The notes below the pieces were generated by a model, which was not told where the DNA came from, did not search any database, and saw only the letters and a list, made by a program, of their open reading frames with translations. The position numbers were made by a program, and so were the translations under genes. From an uncultured Candidatus Saccharibacteria bacterium (GTDB taxonomy: Bacteria > Patescibacteriota > Doudnabacteria > UBA920): DNA of 64,000 nucleotides. Where the stretch lies: the NCBI GenBank assembly GCA_964556325.1, contig CAZKVS010000002.1, forward strand, positions 13,599 through 77,598, written 5' to 3'. Below are positions 38,703 to 49,197 of this stretch, piece by piece (positions within the stretch are counted from its first letter, which is position 1; the number at the start of each line of letters is the position of its first letter).

Positions 38703-41561
38703 CTATAAAATTTTCTTTAAGTACTGACCGGTGTAACTATCTTTTACTTTTGCTACGTCTTCCGGTGTACCTACCGCGACTATTTTTCCGCCCTTATCTC
38801 CCCCTTCGGGACCGAGGTCAATGAGCCAGTCAGCAGTTTTTATCATGTCTAAGTTATGTTCAATCACCACTACGGAGTTTCCTTTTTCAACTAGCTTGTT
38901 CAAAACATGGATGAGTCGTTTTACATCGGCAAAGTGCAAGCCGGTTGTGGGCTCGTCCAATATGTAGAGCGTGCGGCCGGTAGAGGCACGAGAAAGTTCA
39001 GTCGCAAGTTTAATACGCTGCGCTTCTCCACCCGAGAGGGTGGTGGCATTCTGCCCTAAATGCATATAGCCCAAACCAACTTCCGACAGCGTGTCCAGTT
39101 TCTTTTTAATAGACGGTATATGAGTGAAGAACGCCGCGCCCTCATCTACAGTCATTTCTAATACATCGGAAATAGTCCTCTCTTTGTAGTGAATCTCCAA
39201 CGCTTCCCGGTTATACCGCTTGCCTTTACACTCCTCACAAGTAATGTACACATCGGGCAAAAAGTTCATTTCTACTTTTATAACACCATCACCGCTACAC
39301 TTTTCACACCGACCACCTTTTACGTTGAAACTAAACCGACCCGCAGAGTACCCTTTCATTTTCGCTTCACGTGTATCGGCAAACAAGTCACGAATAGGCG
39401 TAAACAGACCGGTGTATGTAGCAGGGTTACTGCGTGGCGTGCGACCTATTGGGCTTTGGTCTATGTTTATAAACTTATCTATATTATCTACTCCCAATAC
39501 TTTTTTATGCTTGCCTGGTTCCGCTAAACTATTGTAAAAATAGTTACCTAAGTAGTTAGCTAAGATGTCGTTCAGCAAAGTGGACTTGCCACTTCCCGAC
39601 ACACCGGTAATGCACACAAACTTACCGAGTGGAATATCTATGTTTACATCTTTCAAGTTAAACTCTGAAGCACCCACTATGGAAAGCTTACGGCCGTTAC
39701 CTGCACGCCGGCGCTTGGGCACAGCTATTTCTTCTTTGCCCGACAAGTAGTGACCAGTTACAGACTTGGGGTTCTTTTCTACTTCTTTGGGCGTGCCTTC
39801 TGCCACCAACACACCCCCATGCTTACCCGCACCAGGACCGATGTCTATGAGCCAGTCCGCTTCGCGCATGGTTTCTTCATCATGCTCTACCACTATTACG
39901 GTGTTACCTAAATCACGTAAGTTCTTTAACGTTGCCAACAATCGTCCGTTGTCCCGCTGGTGTAGCCCAATGGATGGTTCGTCTAATATATAGAGCACTC
40001 CGGTAAGACCGGAACCAATTTGAGTCGCTAGACGAATGCGCTGTGCTTCTCCACCGGACAACGTGTCCGCCGTACGGTCTAAAGTTAAGTAGGACAAACC
40101 TACATTCAACAAGAACGAAAGACGCGCAGATATTTCTTTTAACACCAACTTCGCAATAGCCAAGTCTTTCGCGTTGAGCTGTTTGGGCAGTGCTTCAAAG
40201 AATGTATGCGTACTTTCAATGCTTCCGGCTGAGACTTCTACTATACCCTTACCGCCAACCGTTACGGCCAGTACCTCGGGTTTAAGACGCTTGCCGCCAC
40301 AGGTAGGACAGGTGCGTACGCGCATGTACTGTTCTATTTCCCCACGCATAAAGTCCGAATCGGTTTCACGGAACCGACGCTCCAAGTTGGGCACCACACC
40401 TTCAAACACGGCTTCGTAGCTGTTTAAGCCGTAGTCCATAGGCATTTTAATTTTCTTCTCTCCCGTACCATATAACACCACATCCAAGTACTTCTTTGGC
40501 AAGTCTTTCACCGGAGTATCTATAGAAAAACCATACTCTTTAGAAAGCGCGGTGAGTACTCGCAAGTACCAACCCTGTCGGCCTACTGTTTTGCTCCATG
40601 GACGAACAGCGCCTTCGGCTAAGGTAAGTTTTTGGTTGGGAATAACTAAGTCTGTTTCTACAATAAGTTTATTACCCAAACCTTTACAGTCGGGACACGC
40701 ACCATGGGGGCTGTTGAAAGAAAAGTTACGCGGGTCAAGCTCAGTCATTTGCACATGACCTTCCGGACAGGCAAAGTTTTGTGACAACACACTTTCCCCT
40801 ACTACCTTATTGCCGCCGTCCAAGGTGAGCACAATCACCAAACCATCACCAAGGTCAGCAGCTTTTTCTAAGCTTTCAGATATACGCCCGCGGGCCTCCT
40901 GACTCACCGTCACGCGGTCCACTATAACTTCTATACTATGTTTTTTCTGCTTGTCTAAATTCAGCGTGAGTGCTTCATCAAGCTCCATAACAGCGCCATC
41001 TACGCGTACACGAGCAAAGCCCGCCTTGCGGATGTTTTCAAACACCAACCGATGCTCACCCTTCTGGTCCCGAATAAACGGAGCCAGGAGCATAAGCTTG
41101 GTGGACTCGGGCAAACTTACTAACTGGTCGGCCATGGACGCAATGGTCTGGCCAGTAATTTTCTTTCCGCAGACGGGACAATGTGGCTGACCCACGCGTG
41201 CCCAGAGTAAACGCATGTAATCGTAAATTTCTGTAACAGTGCCCACGGTGGAGCGAGGGTTATGAGAGGCAGACTTCTGGTCTATAGATATAGCCGGAGA
41301 CAAACCTTCTATTTTGTCTACATCTGGCTTGTCCATAAGGCCAATAAACTGGCGGGCATAGGCCGAAAGGGACTCCACATACCGGCGTTGTCCTTCAGCG
41401 TAAATAGTATCAAACGCCAGAGAAGACTTACCCGACCCAGAGAGACCGGTTATAACCACCAACTTGTTGCGCGGGATGTCTATGTCTATCCCCTTCAAGT
41501 TATGTTGCCTGGCGCCGCGAATAGAAATATATTTCGATAAATCTTTTGTTTCTTTAGCCAT
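38703..41561 (-). CDS. uvrA: Excinuclease ABC subunit A
   Basis: [14 protein letters not shown], two [11 protein letters not shown] motifs, zinc fingers; start moved to MAKETK. Confidence 0.99.
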   Translation of the reverse strand: MAKETKDLSKYISIRGARQHNLKGIDIDIPRNKLVVITGLSGSGKSSLAFDTIYAEGQRRYVESLSAYARQFIGLMDKPDVDKIEGLSPAISIDQKSASHNPRSTVGTVTEIYDYMRLLWARVGQPHCPVCGKKITGQTIASMADQLVSLPESTKLMLLAPFIRDQKGEHRLVFENIRKAGFARVRVDGAVMELDEALTLNLDKQKKHSIEVIVDRVTVSQEARGRISESLEKAADLGDGLVIVLTLDGGNKVVGESVLSQNFACPEGHVQMTELDPRNFSFNSPHGACPDCKGLGNKLIVETDLVIPNQKLTLAEGAVRPWSKTVGRQGWYLRVLTALSKEYGFSIDTPVKDLPKKYLDVVLYGTGEKKIKMPMDYGLNSYEAVFEGVVPNLERRFRETDSDFMRGEIEQYMRVRTCPTCGGKRLKPEVLAVTVGGKGIVEVSAGSIESTHTFFEALPKQLNAKDLAIAKLVLKEISARLSFLLNVGLSYLTLDRTADTLSGGEAQRIRLATQIGSGLTGVLYILDEPSIGLHQRDNGRLLATLKNLRDLGNTVIVVEHDEETMREADWLIDIGPGAGKHGGVLVAEGTPKEVEKNPKSVTGHYLSGKEEIAVPKRRRAGNGRKLSIVGASEFNLKDVNIDIPLGKFVCITGVSGSGKSTLLNDILANYLGNYFYNSLAEPGKHKKVLGVDNIDKFINIDQSPIGRTPRSNPATYTGLFTPIRDLFADTREAKMKGYSAGRFSFNVKGGRCEKCSGDGVIKVEMNFLPDVYITCEECKGKRYNREALEIHYKERTISDVLEMTVDEGAAFFTHIPSIKKKLDTLSEVGLGYMHLGQNATTLSGGEAQRIKLATELSRASTGRTLYILDEPTTGLHFADVKRLIHVLNKLVEKGNSVVVIEHNLDMIKTADWLIDLGPEGGDKGGKIVAVGTPEDVAKVKDSYTGQYLKKIL

Positions 41562-41813
41562 AGGAAAGTGGATAGTGACTAGTGGACAGTGACTAGTATA
41601 CAAACCTGTACACTGTTCACTGGTAACTGTCTACTGTTACTTATACTAACGTACACCTTAGCATAAAAATGACAAAGATTCAAGACTCTAGAAAATTATT
41701 CATGAAAACTTAATATAAATAAAAAAAGACGAGCACACCTGCACTCGTCACCAGTAAACTGGATTTTCAAAGAGCTTACTAGACTGAGGATTACCCAGCC
41801 AGGTTATTAACTG

Positions 41814-41963
41814 TTAAACTGCGGAGCGTATCGCAAAAACGATAAACGCTACTGCAGCTAAAACTAACAGTCCCCCTATCACAAAAATAAGAGGCCAACT
41901 AACAACTGGCAAACCTCCGACCATACGAAAGTGAAACCAGCGTCTGAAAGTTTTTGACTTCAA
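41814..41963 (-). CDS. Single-TM microprotein (49 aa), not in the ORF track
   Basis: AGGAGG SD then TTG: MKSKTFRRWFHFRMVGGLPVVSWPLIFVIGGLLVLAAVAFIVFAIRSAV. Confidence 0.6.
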   Translation of the reverse strand: MKSKTFRRWFHFRMVGGLPVVSWPLIFVIGGLLVLAAVAFIVFAIRSAV

Positions 41964-42016
41964 GCTTCCGCCTCCTGGTTTATTGAAAGCCAGTCAACGA
42001 CTGACTAAGTTTTAGC

Positions 42017-42433
42017 TCAAGTTGCGGCCCGAATTTTCTCGAGCTGTGGCAAGATAAACCAGTAAAGTAAAATCTGTTGGAAGACGAATAGCACTATCAC
42101 CGCTGACAACGCACTCCATCCGCTAATTTTGAACCATCCGCGAGCCATCCACGGAGCCGTGGCCAAGTGAATGCACGTCATAGACAAAAACAAAATAAGT
42201 ATTGTCCATGCGGTGCGCTTAACCGCGACCCGAAGAAAGGCATCGGCGAGCAAGTTTCCGCTCTTGCTGTGAACAACAAGCATGGCAATAATCGCCGCCG
42301 CCCACAGACAAAATGTGGCCCGGCCAATGTACCGGGATTGCGGAGTACCAAGTGCCAGAAAATGCCAGACGGCAGAAGCGATGAACACAAACGAGGCCGT
42401 TGTAGCAATTGTCCGAGCAGTTTTAGGTGTCAT
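42017..42433 (-). CDS. Hypothetical four-TM membrane protein
   Basis: GAGAGGA SD; hydrophobic helices. Confidence 0.65.
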   Translation of the reverse strand: MTPKTARTIATTASFVFIASAVWHFLALGTPQSRYIGRATFCLWAAAIIAMLVVHSKSGNLLADAFLRVAVKRTAWTILILFLSMTCIHLATAPWMARGWFKISGWSALSAVIVLFVFQQILLYWFILPQLEKIRAAT

Positions 42434-42781
42434 AAAACTTTCCTCTCAAGTTGCGAACATTGTGGTTTGACTAGTCGCCTGACTAGCCCCGGCTGTAGGC
42501 CGAACTTGGAAATTATCTCCCCTGCGTTGCAGGGGCGGTGGGTGTGTTCGTTTGCTTTGACCCTGAAAGGCCAAAGGCAATCACACCTAAAAGCAACACC
42601 AAAACCACGACCAATATTTTCATATCTTGTCCGCAAAATCGGCCAAATCCATGACCGACGACGTTTTCTTGCAAGTACAAGAAAGGCTATGAAAGTTCTT
42701 TGCTGTTCATAAACCCTCCTTGTAGGCTTAAAAAGGCAACAGACAAAACCACCGCGGGGGTGGTTTTTGTTTGCTATAATT

Positions 42782-44941
42782 ATGGCACAAATGGCCGAAT
42801 TAAAGCAACAAATTACTCACTTCCCCCACCAGCCTGGATGCTACCTGTTTCGGGACGCCACGGGCTTAGTTTTGTACGTGGGCAAAGCCAAAGACTTGCG
42901 GAAACGAGTCAGCCAGTACTTTGGACAGGACAAACGACCGCAGCTACCGTTCTTAATCGAGGACGCCTCAGACATAGACTATATAGTAGCCCGTACTGAG
43001 CTTGAAGCACTGTTTCTAGAAAACACGCTCATTAAAAAACACAACCCGAAGTACAACATAAAGCTTAAGGACGATAAAAACTACGCGTTCATTGCCATAG
43101 ACTACTCCACTCAAATTCCTCAAATTGGGTATGTACGGAAAATTACTGACGCATCCGACTTTACCCCGTTTGTAAACCCATCCGCTTCTTGGGGCAGTGG
43201 CAAGCATGAGCGTAAGACGCTCAAGTGGAAAGGGAAAAGTGGAAAGGGAAAAGTGGATTCCAAATCTTCAGGTCTACAACCTACAACCTACAACCTACAA
43301 CCTAGTTCTTACTTTGGTCCGTATTCATCAGTTAAAAAAATTCGGGAGACGCTCGACTTCGTACGAAAAATATTTCCCTACTGTGCTAACACGGAAGTAA
43401 GTGGTCGGCCTTGTTTTTACTATCACTTACACCGCTGTCCCGGCGTATGCGTGGGTGCGGTTTCTTTGGAGGAATACCAAAAAAGTTTGGCTCGCATTAA
43501 ACTCTTTCTCAACGGCAAAACAACAGAGATTAAAAAAGAGCTTAAAACGAGCATGGAGTATGCAGCGGAAACCAAACGATTTGAGTTGGCCGCGCGACTG
43601 CGCGACCAGCTGCGCGCACTTGAGTTACTAGACGAGCGACAAATTGCCCAGTTCCCCACCAGAGTAGACTACGACTTTATTTCCCTCGCTACGCAAAACC
43701 ATTTGCGGTGCGTCAACCTGTTTAAAGTGCGCGGCGGCAAACTGACCGACAAAGAAAACTTTATATACACCGCTCCTACGGATTTAAAACTAGAAGCTAG
43801 CAGCTGGAAGCTAGAAGCTATTATTCAGACCTTTGCGGAAACCTACTACGCAGAAACCACAGATTTACCCAGCGCAGTTTTTACCCAACACCCACTCACA
43901 GATACCCCATTAATAGATGAACTCCTCAAACATCGGAAAGGTAAAAGGGTTACCCTCTCTGTTCCCCGCCGTGGGAAGGCACACCAACTTATTAAACTTG
44001 GCCAGGTAAATGCTGAAGAATGTTTACGCAAAACCCTCGCCACAGACGCGACTGATTCTGATAAAATCCAAGATTCCCTAGAGAAGCTACAGAAGCTTTT
44101 GAAGCTTGCCCAGCTGCCCCGACGGATTGAGTGCTATGACATGTCTAACACCCAAGGCACTAACCCTGTAGGCAGCATGGTTGTTTTTATAGATGGCAAA
44201 CCCGCTAAAGGTGAATACCGTAAATTTAAGATTCGCTCCAAAGACACCCCCGACGACTTTGCTATGATGCGTGAGACGTTATCCAGACGGCTCCGCCGTC
44301 TGAACCCTCCCCCTCTTGAGGGGGAGATGGAGGGGGTCATAGTGAAAGATAAAAATGGTAAAGACATCAAAGAACCAAATCATTCTATGACCTCCCCTAA
44401 CCCCTCCTCAAGAGGAGGGGAACAAATGCCATGGCCGCGACCCGACTTAATAGTAATAGACGGAGGTAAAGGCCAGCTCTCTGCTGCGCTCGAAGCGCAG
44501 GAACAAGTCGAAGGTCATCAAGTCGAAAGTCAAAAGTCGAAAATCCGAGATGATAACCCAGATGGCACCCTGCCCCCTAACCCCTTAGCCCTTAGCCCTA
44601 TCCCAATGATTGGATTAGCAAAAAGGATCGAAGAAATATTTCTCCCCCACAATCCCGAACCAATTGTGCTGAGTCATGACCACCCTTCTCTCCAACTTCT
44701 CCAACGTTTACGTGACGAGGCACATCGCTTTGGCATAACCTTCCACCGCAGCCTCCGTAGTAAGCAAGCCACCAAATCCGCACTCGACACTATTCCGGGC
44801 ATTGGCCCTAAAACAAAAAAACTCCTAAAACAGAAGTTTGGCACAGTAAGTGCGATTAAGAAAATCGCACTAGAAGAAATAGAAAAGTTAGAAGAATTAG
44901 TAGGCAAAACTAAAGCCGGTATTATAAAAAAGAATTTGTAG
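42782..44941 (+). CDS. uvrC: Excinuclease ABC subunit C with multiple repeat-derived in-frame inserts
   Basis: PGCYLF..LYVGKAKDLR.RV, FELAARLRD, RIECYDMSN, LIVIDGGKGQL, RDEAHRF, IPGIGPK. The start could also be 42791. Confidence 0.97.
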   Translation: MAQMAELKQQITHFPHQPGCYLFRDATGLVLYVGKAKDLRKRVSQYFGQDKRPQLPFLIEDASDIDYIVARTELEALFLENTLIKKHNPKYNIKLKDDKNYAFIAIDYSTQIPQIGYVRKITDASDFTPFVNPSASWGSGKHERKTLKWKGKSGKGKVDSKSSGLQPTTYNLQPSSYFGPYSSVKKIRETLDFVRKIFPYCANTEVSGRPCFYYHLHRCPGVCVGAVSLEEYQKSLARIKLFLNGKTTEIKKELKTSMEYAAETKRFELAARLRDQLRALELLDERQIAQFPTRVDYDFISLATQNHLRCVNLFKVRGGKLTDKENFIYTAPTDLKLEASSWKLEAIIQTFAETYYAETTDLPSAVFTQHPLTDTPLIDELLKHRKGKRVTLSVPRRGKAHQLIKLGQVNAEECLRKTLATDATDSDKIQDSLEKLQKLLKLAQLPRRIECYDMSNTQGTNPVGSMVVFIDGKPAKGEYRKFKIRSKDTPDDFAMMRETLSRRLRRLNPPPLEGEMEGVIVKDKNGKDIKEPNHSMTSPNPSSRGGEQMPWPRPDLIVIDGGKGQLSAALEAQEQVEGHQVESQKSKIRDDNPDGTLPPNPLALSPIPMIGLAKRIEEIFLPHNPEPIVLSHDHPSLQLLQRLRDEAHRFGITFHRSLRSKQATKSALDTIPGIGPKTKKLLKQKFGTVSAIKKIALEEIEKLEELVGKTKAGIIKKNL

Positions 44942-45092
44942 TCGTCTTGTCGTTCCGACCTCCGAGCCGGAACCTAGGTTAAATTAAAACCGACCAGTGT
45001 TCATCTCGTAAAAGATGTTCATTGGTCGGCTCTGTTTCCGGGTCTTGTGCCCGTTTTTATCTATCCTCTCCTGCTTGATTTAGTTTTGCCCA

Positions 45093-45704
45093 CTAGGGCT
45101 TCTTCGGTTTGATTCTATTCCAGGCGCCACCGAGAGCGTCTTTCGTGGCCTTGGCACCGTCGCCAAGCTTTTCTTTGCCCTTATCTACCGCAGTAGACTT
45201 TTTGGCGTTAGCTCCCAGCTCAACAAATTTCTTGCCTTCGTCAAAGATCTTGGCCTGGCTGACGGTACCACCTGCTTCGTAACACACCACGCGGAGGTGT
45301 GCCAACTCTTTGCCGGCTGGATCATCCCATCTAACTACATAGATAAGCAAGTTCTTCTTCTCGCGAGGGATGCGGTCGTCGTCCAACCACAACAGGCTCT
45401 TGGAACCGTTGGGCGCCTTTGTCAAAATGAGGTGATCAATTTTATTCTTGACCCCCCAAGCGTCCATCAACGCCATAGCCTCTTTGCTGTAGTGGGCAAC
45501 AGTGCCCACATCCGTTGCCAGGGCGGTGGTGGAATGAATTTCCTGTTCAGCAATGCCGAGCAGGCTCCACACACTGGCATCAAGACAACGTGAATTCGGA
45601 TCGGCGCATCCACCTTTCGGGTTTTGCGCTGAGACGTTAATTGCCAAAGCCGCCGTGAACGCGACGACCAAAGTTGCTGCGATCAAACTTTTGATTCTTT
45701 GCAT
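45093..45704 (-). CDS. Hypothetical secreted protein
   Basis: Signal peptide ending VSA|Q; AGAGGA SD. Confidence 0.75.
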   Translation of the reverse strand: MQRIKSLIAATLVVAFTAALAINVSAQNPKGGCADPNSRCLDASVWSLLGIAEQEIHSTTALATDVGTVAHYSKEAMALMDAWGVKNKIDHLILTKAPNGSKSLLWLDDDRIPREKKNLLIYVVRWDDPAGKELAHLRVVCYEAGGTVSQAKIFDEGKKFVELGANAKKSTAVDKGKEKLGDGAKATKDALGGAWNRIKPKKP

Positions 45705-45797
45705 ACCGATTTTCCTCTGCTGCTGTTTTTAGTTTTGGCCAGCGTTACTACGAACTTTGCCAGAGTTCTTACTAGCCACCGACGGCGCTCTCAACGC

Positions 45798-46205
45798 TTA
45801 CTTCCCTGACAAAGGACCTGACCACTCGAACTTGTAGCCTTTGTGCGTCTTCGCAAACTGCTGCTTGACCGCCGCCTCAATACCAGCCCTTTCGTCCGGG
45901 CATATTGGGGGATTAAACCAGTGATCGTTTTCAAGCGACCCCGAAGCTGGCGAGTAAGCCGGCCCGAACATTGCGATTGTCTTGTCGCTTGTTTCGATGT
46001 AAACAAGGACATTGCTTCCCTTGTAGACAGCCTTTTTGTTAACACCTTTGCCAGCGGTTCTCAGCACTGCGGGAGAACCGAGACAGTCGGCAGGAATACG
46101 ATCTTGAGCAGCAACGACGGGCACCGTAATCGAAGTTGAAAGCGTGGCAATGGCGGTTAAAGCCAAAGCCAGAAGTGCGACGAGCAGATGTTTTTTAAGC
46201 ATCAC
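45798..46205 (-). CDS. Hypothetical secreted protein
   Basis: AAGGAG SD plus GTG; signal peptide; two Cys. Confidence 0.7.
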   Translation of the reverse strand: MMLKKHLLVALLALALTAIATLSTSITVPVVAAQDRIPADCLGSPAVLRTAGKGVNKKAVYKGSNVLVYIETSDKTIAMFGPAYSPASGSLENDHWFNPPICPDERAGIEAAVKQQFAKTHKGYKFEWSGPLSGK

Positions 46206-46364
46206 GTAGACTCCTTGTTTTGTGTTGGTGATTAACCAGAATAGCGTTCTACCAAGCGCTTTCTAATTAATCGGATTGTGAAAGAACTACGTAGGTTTTG
46301 GCGGTAGAGAATAAAGCTCTTAAGTAAGCGCTATTCTCTGCGGCCAAACTTAACATTACTATAT

Positions 46365-46393
46365 ATTATACGACATATATGTATATATGTCAA
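46365..46393 (-). promoter_or_regulatory. Consensus sigma70 promoter with overlapping palindrome
   Basis: TTGACA-17-TATAAT; gacatatat-gt-atatatgtc at 46372-46391. Confidence 0.8.
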
Positions 46394-46487
46394 GATTGAC
46401 CAATACCCCCTGTTTCCCGTATGCTAAATGAGCTTAAGTGGCATTTTCTGTTCACTTTCCACTTTTCACTATTCACTAGTTCTAAAA

Positions 46488-46724
46488 ATGAAACTCTTAC
46501 CTCAAATTCTCCAACTCTCCAACATTATAGTTATGGCTTTGCTAATTATTTTTATAATTATGCAAAACCGTTCCCAAGGTCTTTCCACTGTGTTTGGTGG
46601 TAGTGGCGGTATTTCCGCGACTCGTCGTGGCTTTGAAAAGTGGGTTTTCTACGCAACTATAGTTATGTCTGTTTTATTTGTTGGTTTAAGTGTTGCAAGC
46701 CTTATAGTGGCAACTCGCCACTAA
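46488..46724 (+). CDS. secG: Preprotein translocase subunit SecG
   Basis: IIMQNRSQGLSTVFGGSG...RRGFEK between two TM helices. Confidence 0.9.
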   Translation: MKLLPQILQLSNIIVMALLIIFIIMQNRSQGLSTVFGGSGGISATRRGFEKWVFYATIVMSVLFVGLSVASLIVATRH

Positions 46725-46745
46725 GCCTGTTCCCAATTTATATTT

Positions 46746-48443
46746 GTGAGTAACGCACGTACAACACTCAGATATTGGTTAAATCTTTCCTTGTATAGGA
46801 AAGTTTTTTCTTTCATGGCACCTTGGGAAAAGTGGCTCACGGTTGCTTTGCTAATAACTATAGTAGGAAGCTTGAGTTGGAGTGGCCTTGTTTTTTACAG
46901 GAGCCACACGAGACAAATACCAAGCCATGGCGGCATATTAAACCAGGGCGTCGTGGGTCAGCCCAGAACCATCAACCCCGTCCTTGCCACTACGCCGGCA
47001 GACCTGCTGCTAACCCGCGCAGTATTTAGCGGACTGTATACATACAACAATCAAGGCCAACCAATCTCCGACCTTGCCACAGACCTCCCCACCATTTCCA
47101 ATGACGGAAGAACCTATACTGTTACTCTCAAACCAAACCTCACCTGGCACGACGGCAAACCAGTCACGAGTAGTGATGTGGTATTTACTATTACCAAAAT
47201 TCAAGACCCTGCTATTAATAGCCCCCTACGCGGACTCTGGCTTTCCACCACGGTACAAGCCATAAACGACCAAACGATTATTTTTACAACCAAAGAAGAA
47301 AGCGGACCTTTTCTTCACAACCTCACCGTCGGACTCTTGCCAGAACATATATGGCACGGCGTAGCTGCGGAAAACTTTACCACCACCGGGCTCAATCTCA
47401 CACCGCTCGGAAACGGTCCCTATGCAGTCCGCCAAGTAGAGAACACCCCTAGTAAACGAGTAAGCAAAATCCTTCTTGATAGCTTTGCAAACTTCCCTCG
47501 TCCCCCATTTCTAGACGGGGTTACTGTTACGTTCTATGAAAGCCAAGACGAAGTAAATAAGGCTTTTTCCGGACAAGAAATAAATGCGCTTGGTGTATCC
47601 CTTACCGACAACCTTCCCGACACGCCCAGCAATCTGCAAACCAATACACGCATGAGCGTACCGCAGTATCAAGCTGTATTTCTGAACACCAAAAAAAGCA
47701 CCCTTGCCATTCCTCAAGTGCGAGAAGCACTCCTACTCAGCTTGAGCTCCGCGGATATTACGCAAGCTGCATGGCCGAACCACGCCACTGCCATAGGAGG
47801 TGTTCCCCTGGGAGAAAACGATTTTACCAATACCCAACCCACAACACCAGACATAGCAAAAGCAGACGAGTTACTCACCACCGCCGGCTGGAAAAAAACC
47901 ATAAGCGGCATTCGCACAAAAGGAAAAACAGAGCTCGCGATAAACTTAGTAACGCCTAACACCCCCGCGTTCACTACTGCAGCAGGCCTTATCCAAACAG
48001 CGTGGACTAACTTGGGTGTTAAGGTAACGGTCATTCCAGCCGAGACAAACGAACTCATTAGCACGTACGTTCGACCTCGTAACTTTGACGCACTCCTCTT
48101 TTCTGAAAAAAGCAACGCAGACGCAGATCCTTTTGCGTTTTGGCACTCGAGTCAAGTAAAGGATCCAGGGCTCAACGTGAGCGGCTTAGCTGTGCCTCAA
48201 GTAGACAAACTCATTACCGACGCACGCACAAACACCGATGAAACTACCCGAAAGGCGCTCTACGAACAGCTCACTGAATTACTTAGCACTCAACACGCAG
48301 CATTGTATTTAAACCAGTCGCTCTACATATACGTAACTGACCCGAGGTTCCATGGCATACAAGTGGAACGAATACCAGACCCCAGCTGGATACTCGCCCT
48401 TTCTCCAAGCTGGTACACCAAACTCACCCGTACGTGGAAATAA
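46746..48443 (+). CDS. Peptide ABC transporter substrate-binding protein (family 5)
   Basis: GQPRTINP, FSGL, WHDGKPVTSSDVVFT, GNGPY, DPFAFWHSSQ. Confidence 0.9.
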   Translation: MSNARTTLRYWLNLSLYRKVFSFMAPWEKWLTVALLITIVGSLSWSGLVFYRSHTRQIPSHGGILNQGVVGQPRTINPVLATTPADLLLTRAVFSGLYTYNNQGQPISDLATDLPTISNDGRTYTVTLKPNLTWHDGKPVTSSDVVFTITKIQDPAINSPLRGLWLSTTVQAINDQTIIFTTKEESGPFLHNLTVGLLPEHIWHGVAAENFTTTGLNLTPLGNGPYAVRQVENTPSKRVSKILLDSFANFPRPPFLDGVTVTFYESQDEVNKAFSGQEINALGVSLTDNLPDTPSNLQTNTRMSVPQYQAVFLNTKKSTLAIPQVREALLLSLSSADITQAAWPNHATAIGGVPLGENDFTNTQPTTPDIAKADELLTTAGWKKTISGIRTKGKTELAINLVTPNTPAFTTAAGLIQTAWTNLGVKVTVIPAETNELISTYVRPRNFDALLFSEKSNADADPFAFWHSSQVKDPGLNVSGLAVPQVDKLITDARTNTDETTRKALYEQLTELLSTQHAALYLNQSLYIYVTDPRFHGIQVERIPDPSWILALSPSWYTKLTRTWK

Positions 48444-48632
48444 GCGATGCGCAGAAGTTGGAATTATGAATAATGAAGTATGGATAAGAGAAAAACATTA
48501 GCGTTATGAGCACTGCAGAGAAGCCATATATCAATCGCGAGCCCGTTACTTGGCAGGAAACATTGTGTTGAGTATAATTGATTAGTTCTATATTGCTCGA
48601 TTCATGATTCCTGATTCATGATTCTAGTCCCT

Positions 48633-48730
48633 GCCCAAGTGGTGAAATGGTATACACGCCCCGCCGAGGCGGGATGGGAGCAATCCCGTGGGAGTTTCCG
48701 CCTGAGGCGGACCCGCCTCAGGCGAGCGAG
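48633..48730 (+). pseudogene. tRNA-Leu relic with palindromic insertions
   Basis: First 26 nt identical to tRNA-Leu; anticodon arm replaced by CCCGCCGAGGCGGG; T-loop split by TCCGCCTGAGGCGGACCCGCCTCAGGCG. Confidence 0.8.
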
Positions 48731-48747
48731 CTTTACAAATTATATTT

Positions 48748-48833
48748 GCCCAAGTGGTGAAATGGTATACACGTACGCTTCAGATGCGTATGACCGCAAG
48801 GTCGTGGAGGTTCGAGTCCTCTCTTGGGCACCA
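48748..48833 (+). tRNA. tRNA-Leu(CAG)
   Basis: GCCCAAGTGGTGAAATGGTATACACGTACGCTTCAGATGCGTATGACCGCAAGGTCGTGGAGGTTCGAGTCCTCTCTTGGGCACCA; long variable arm. Confidence 0.96.
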
Positions 48834-49050
48834 GAAAGCTACAGTCATTATATGACCGTAGCTTTCTGATTTTTTAGAGGACGAGAAAAGGAGGGGTTTC
48901 GCGCTTTGGCGAAATTTGTTACGACCATTTGGAGTAACAAAAGCGGCAGGGGTCGACACGAGCTTGAATGGAAGTGAATTCCATTCATCGCGAATCCTGT
49001 AGCGTTATACGACGAGGCCGTTTCGGGTGAGGAGTATAGCGGGAAGTGAC

Positions 49051-49071
49051 CGAGTCCTCTCTTGGGCACCA
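49051..49071 (+). repeat. 21-bp duplicate of the tRNA-Leu 3' end (att-like)
   Basis: cgagtcctctcttgggcacca, identical to 48813-48833. Confidence 0.9.
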
Positions 49072-49168
49072 TACAAAACCACAAAAATCGCCAACAGTTT
49101 TGTATATCCAACTATATGTTAAACCGGCTTAGTCTAGTCATATATTGCTCAAAAAGAAGCAAAATGCG

Positions 49169-49197
49169 TTGACAAATAGCCCCAACTCAGCTATAGT
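49169..49197 (+). promoter_or_regulatory. Sigma70 promoter about 440 nt upstream of rnj
   Basis: TTGACA-17-TATAGT. Confidence 0.7.

Noticed and set aside
48618-49111. ORFs 48618-48869 and 48848-49111
   Set aside because: They overlap the tRNA, its relic and the hairpin tract, and show no protein features.
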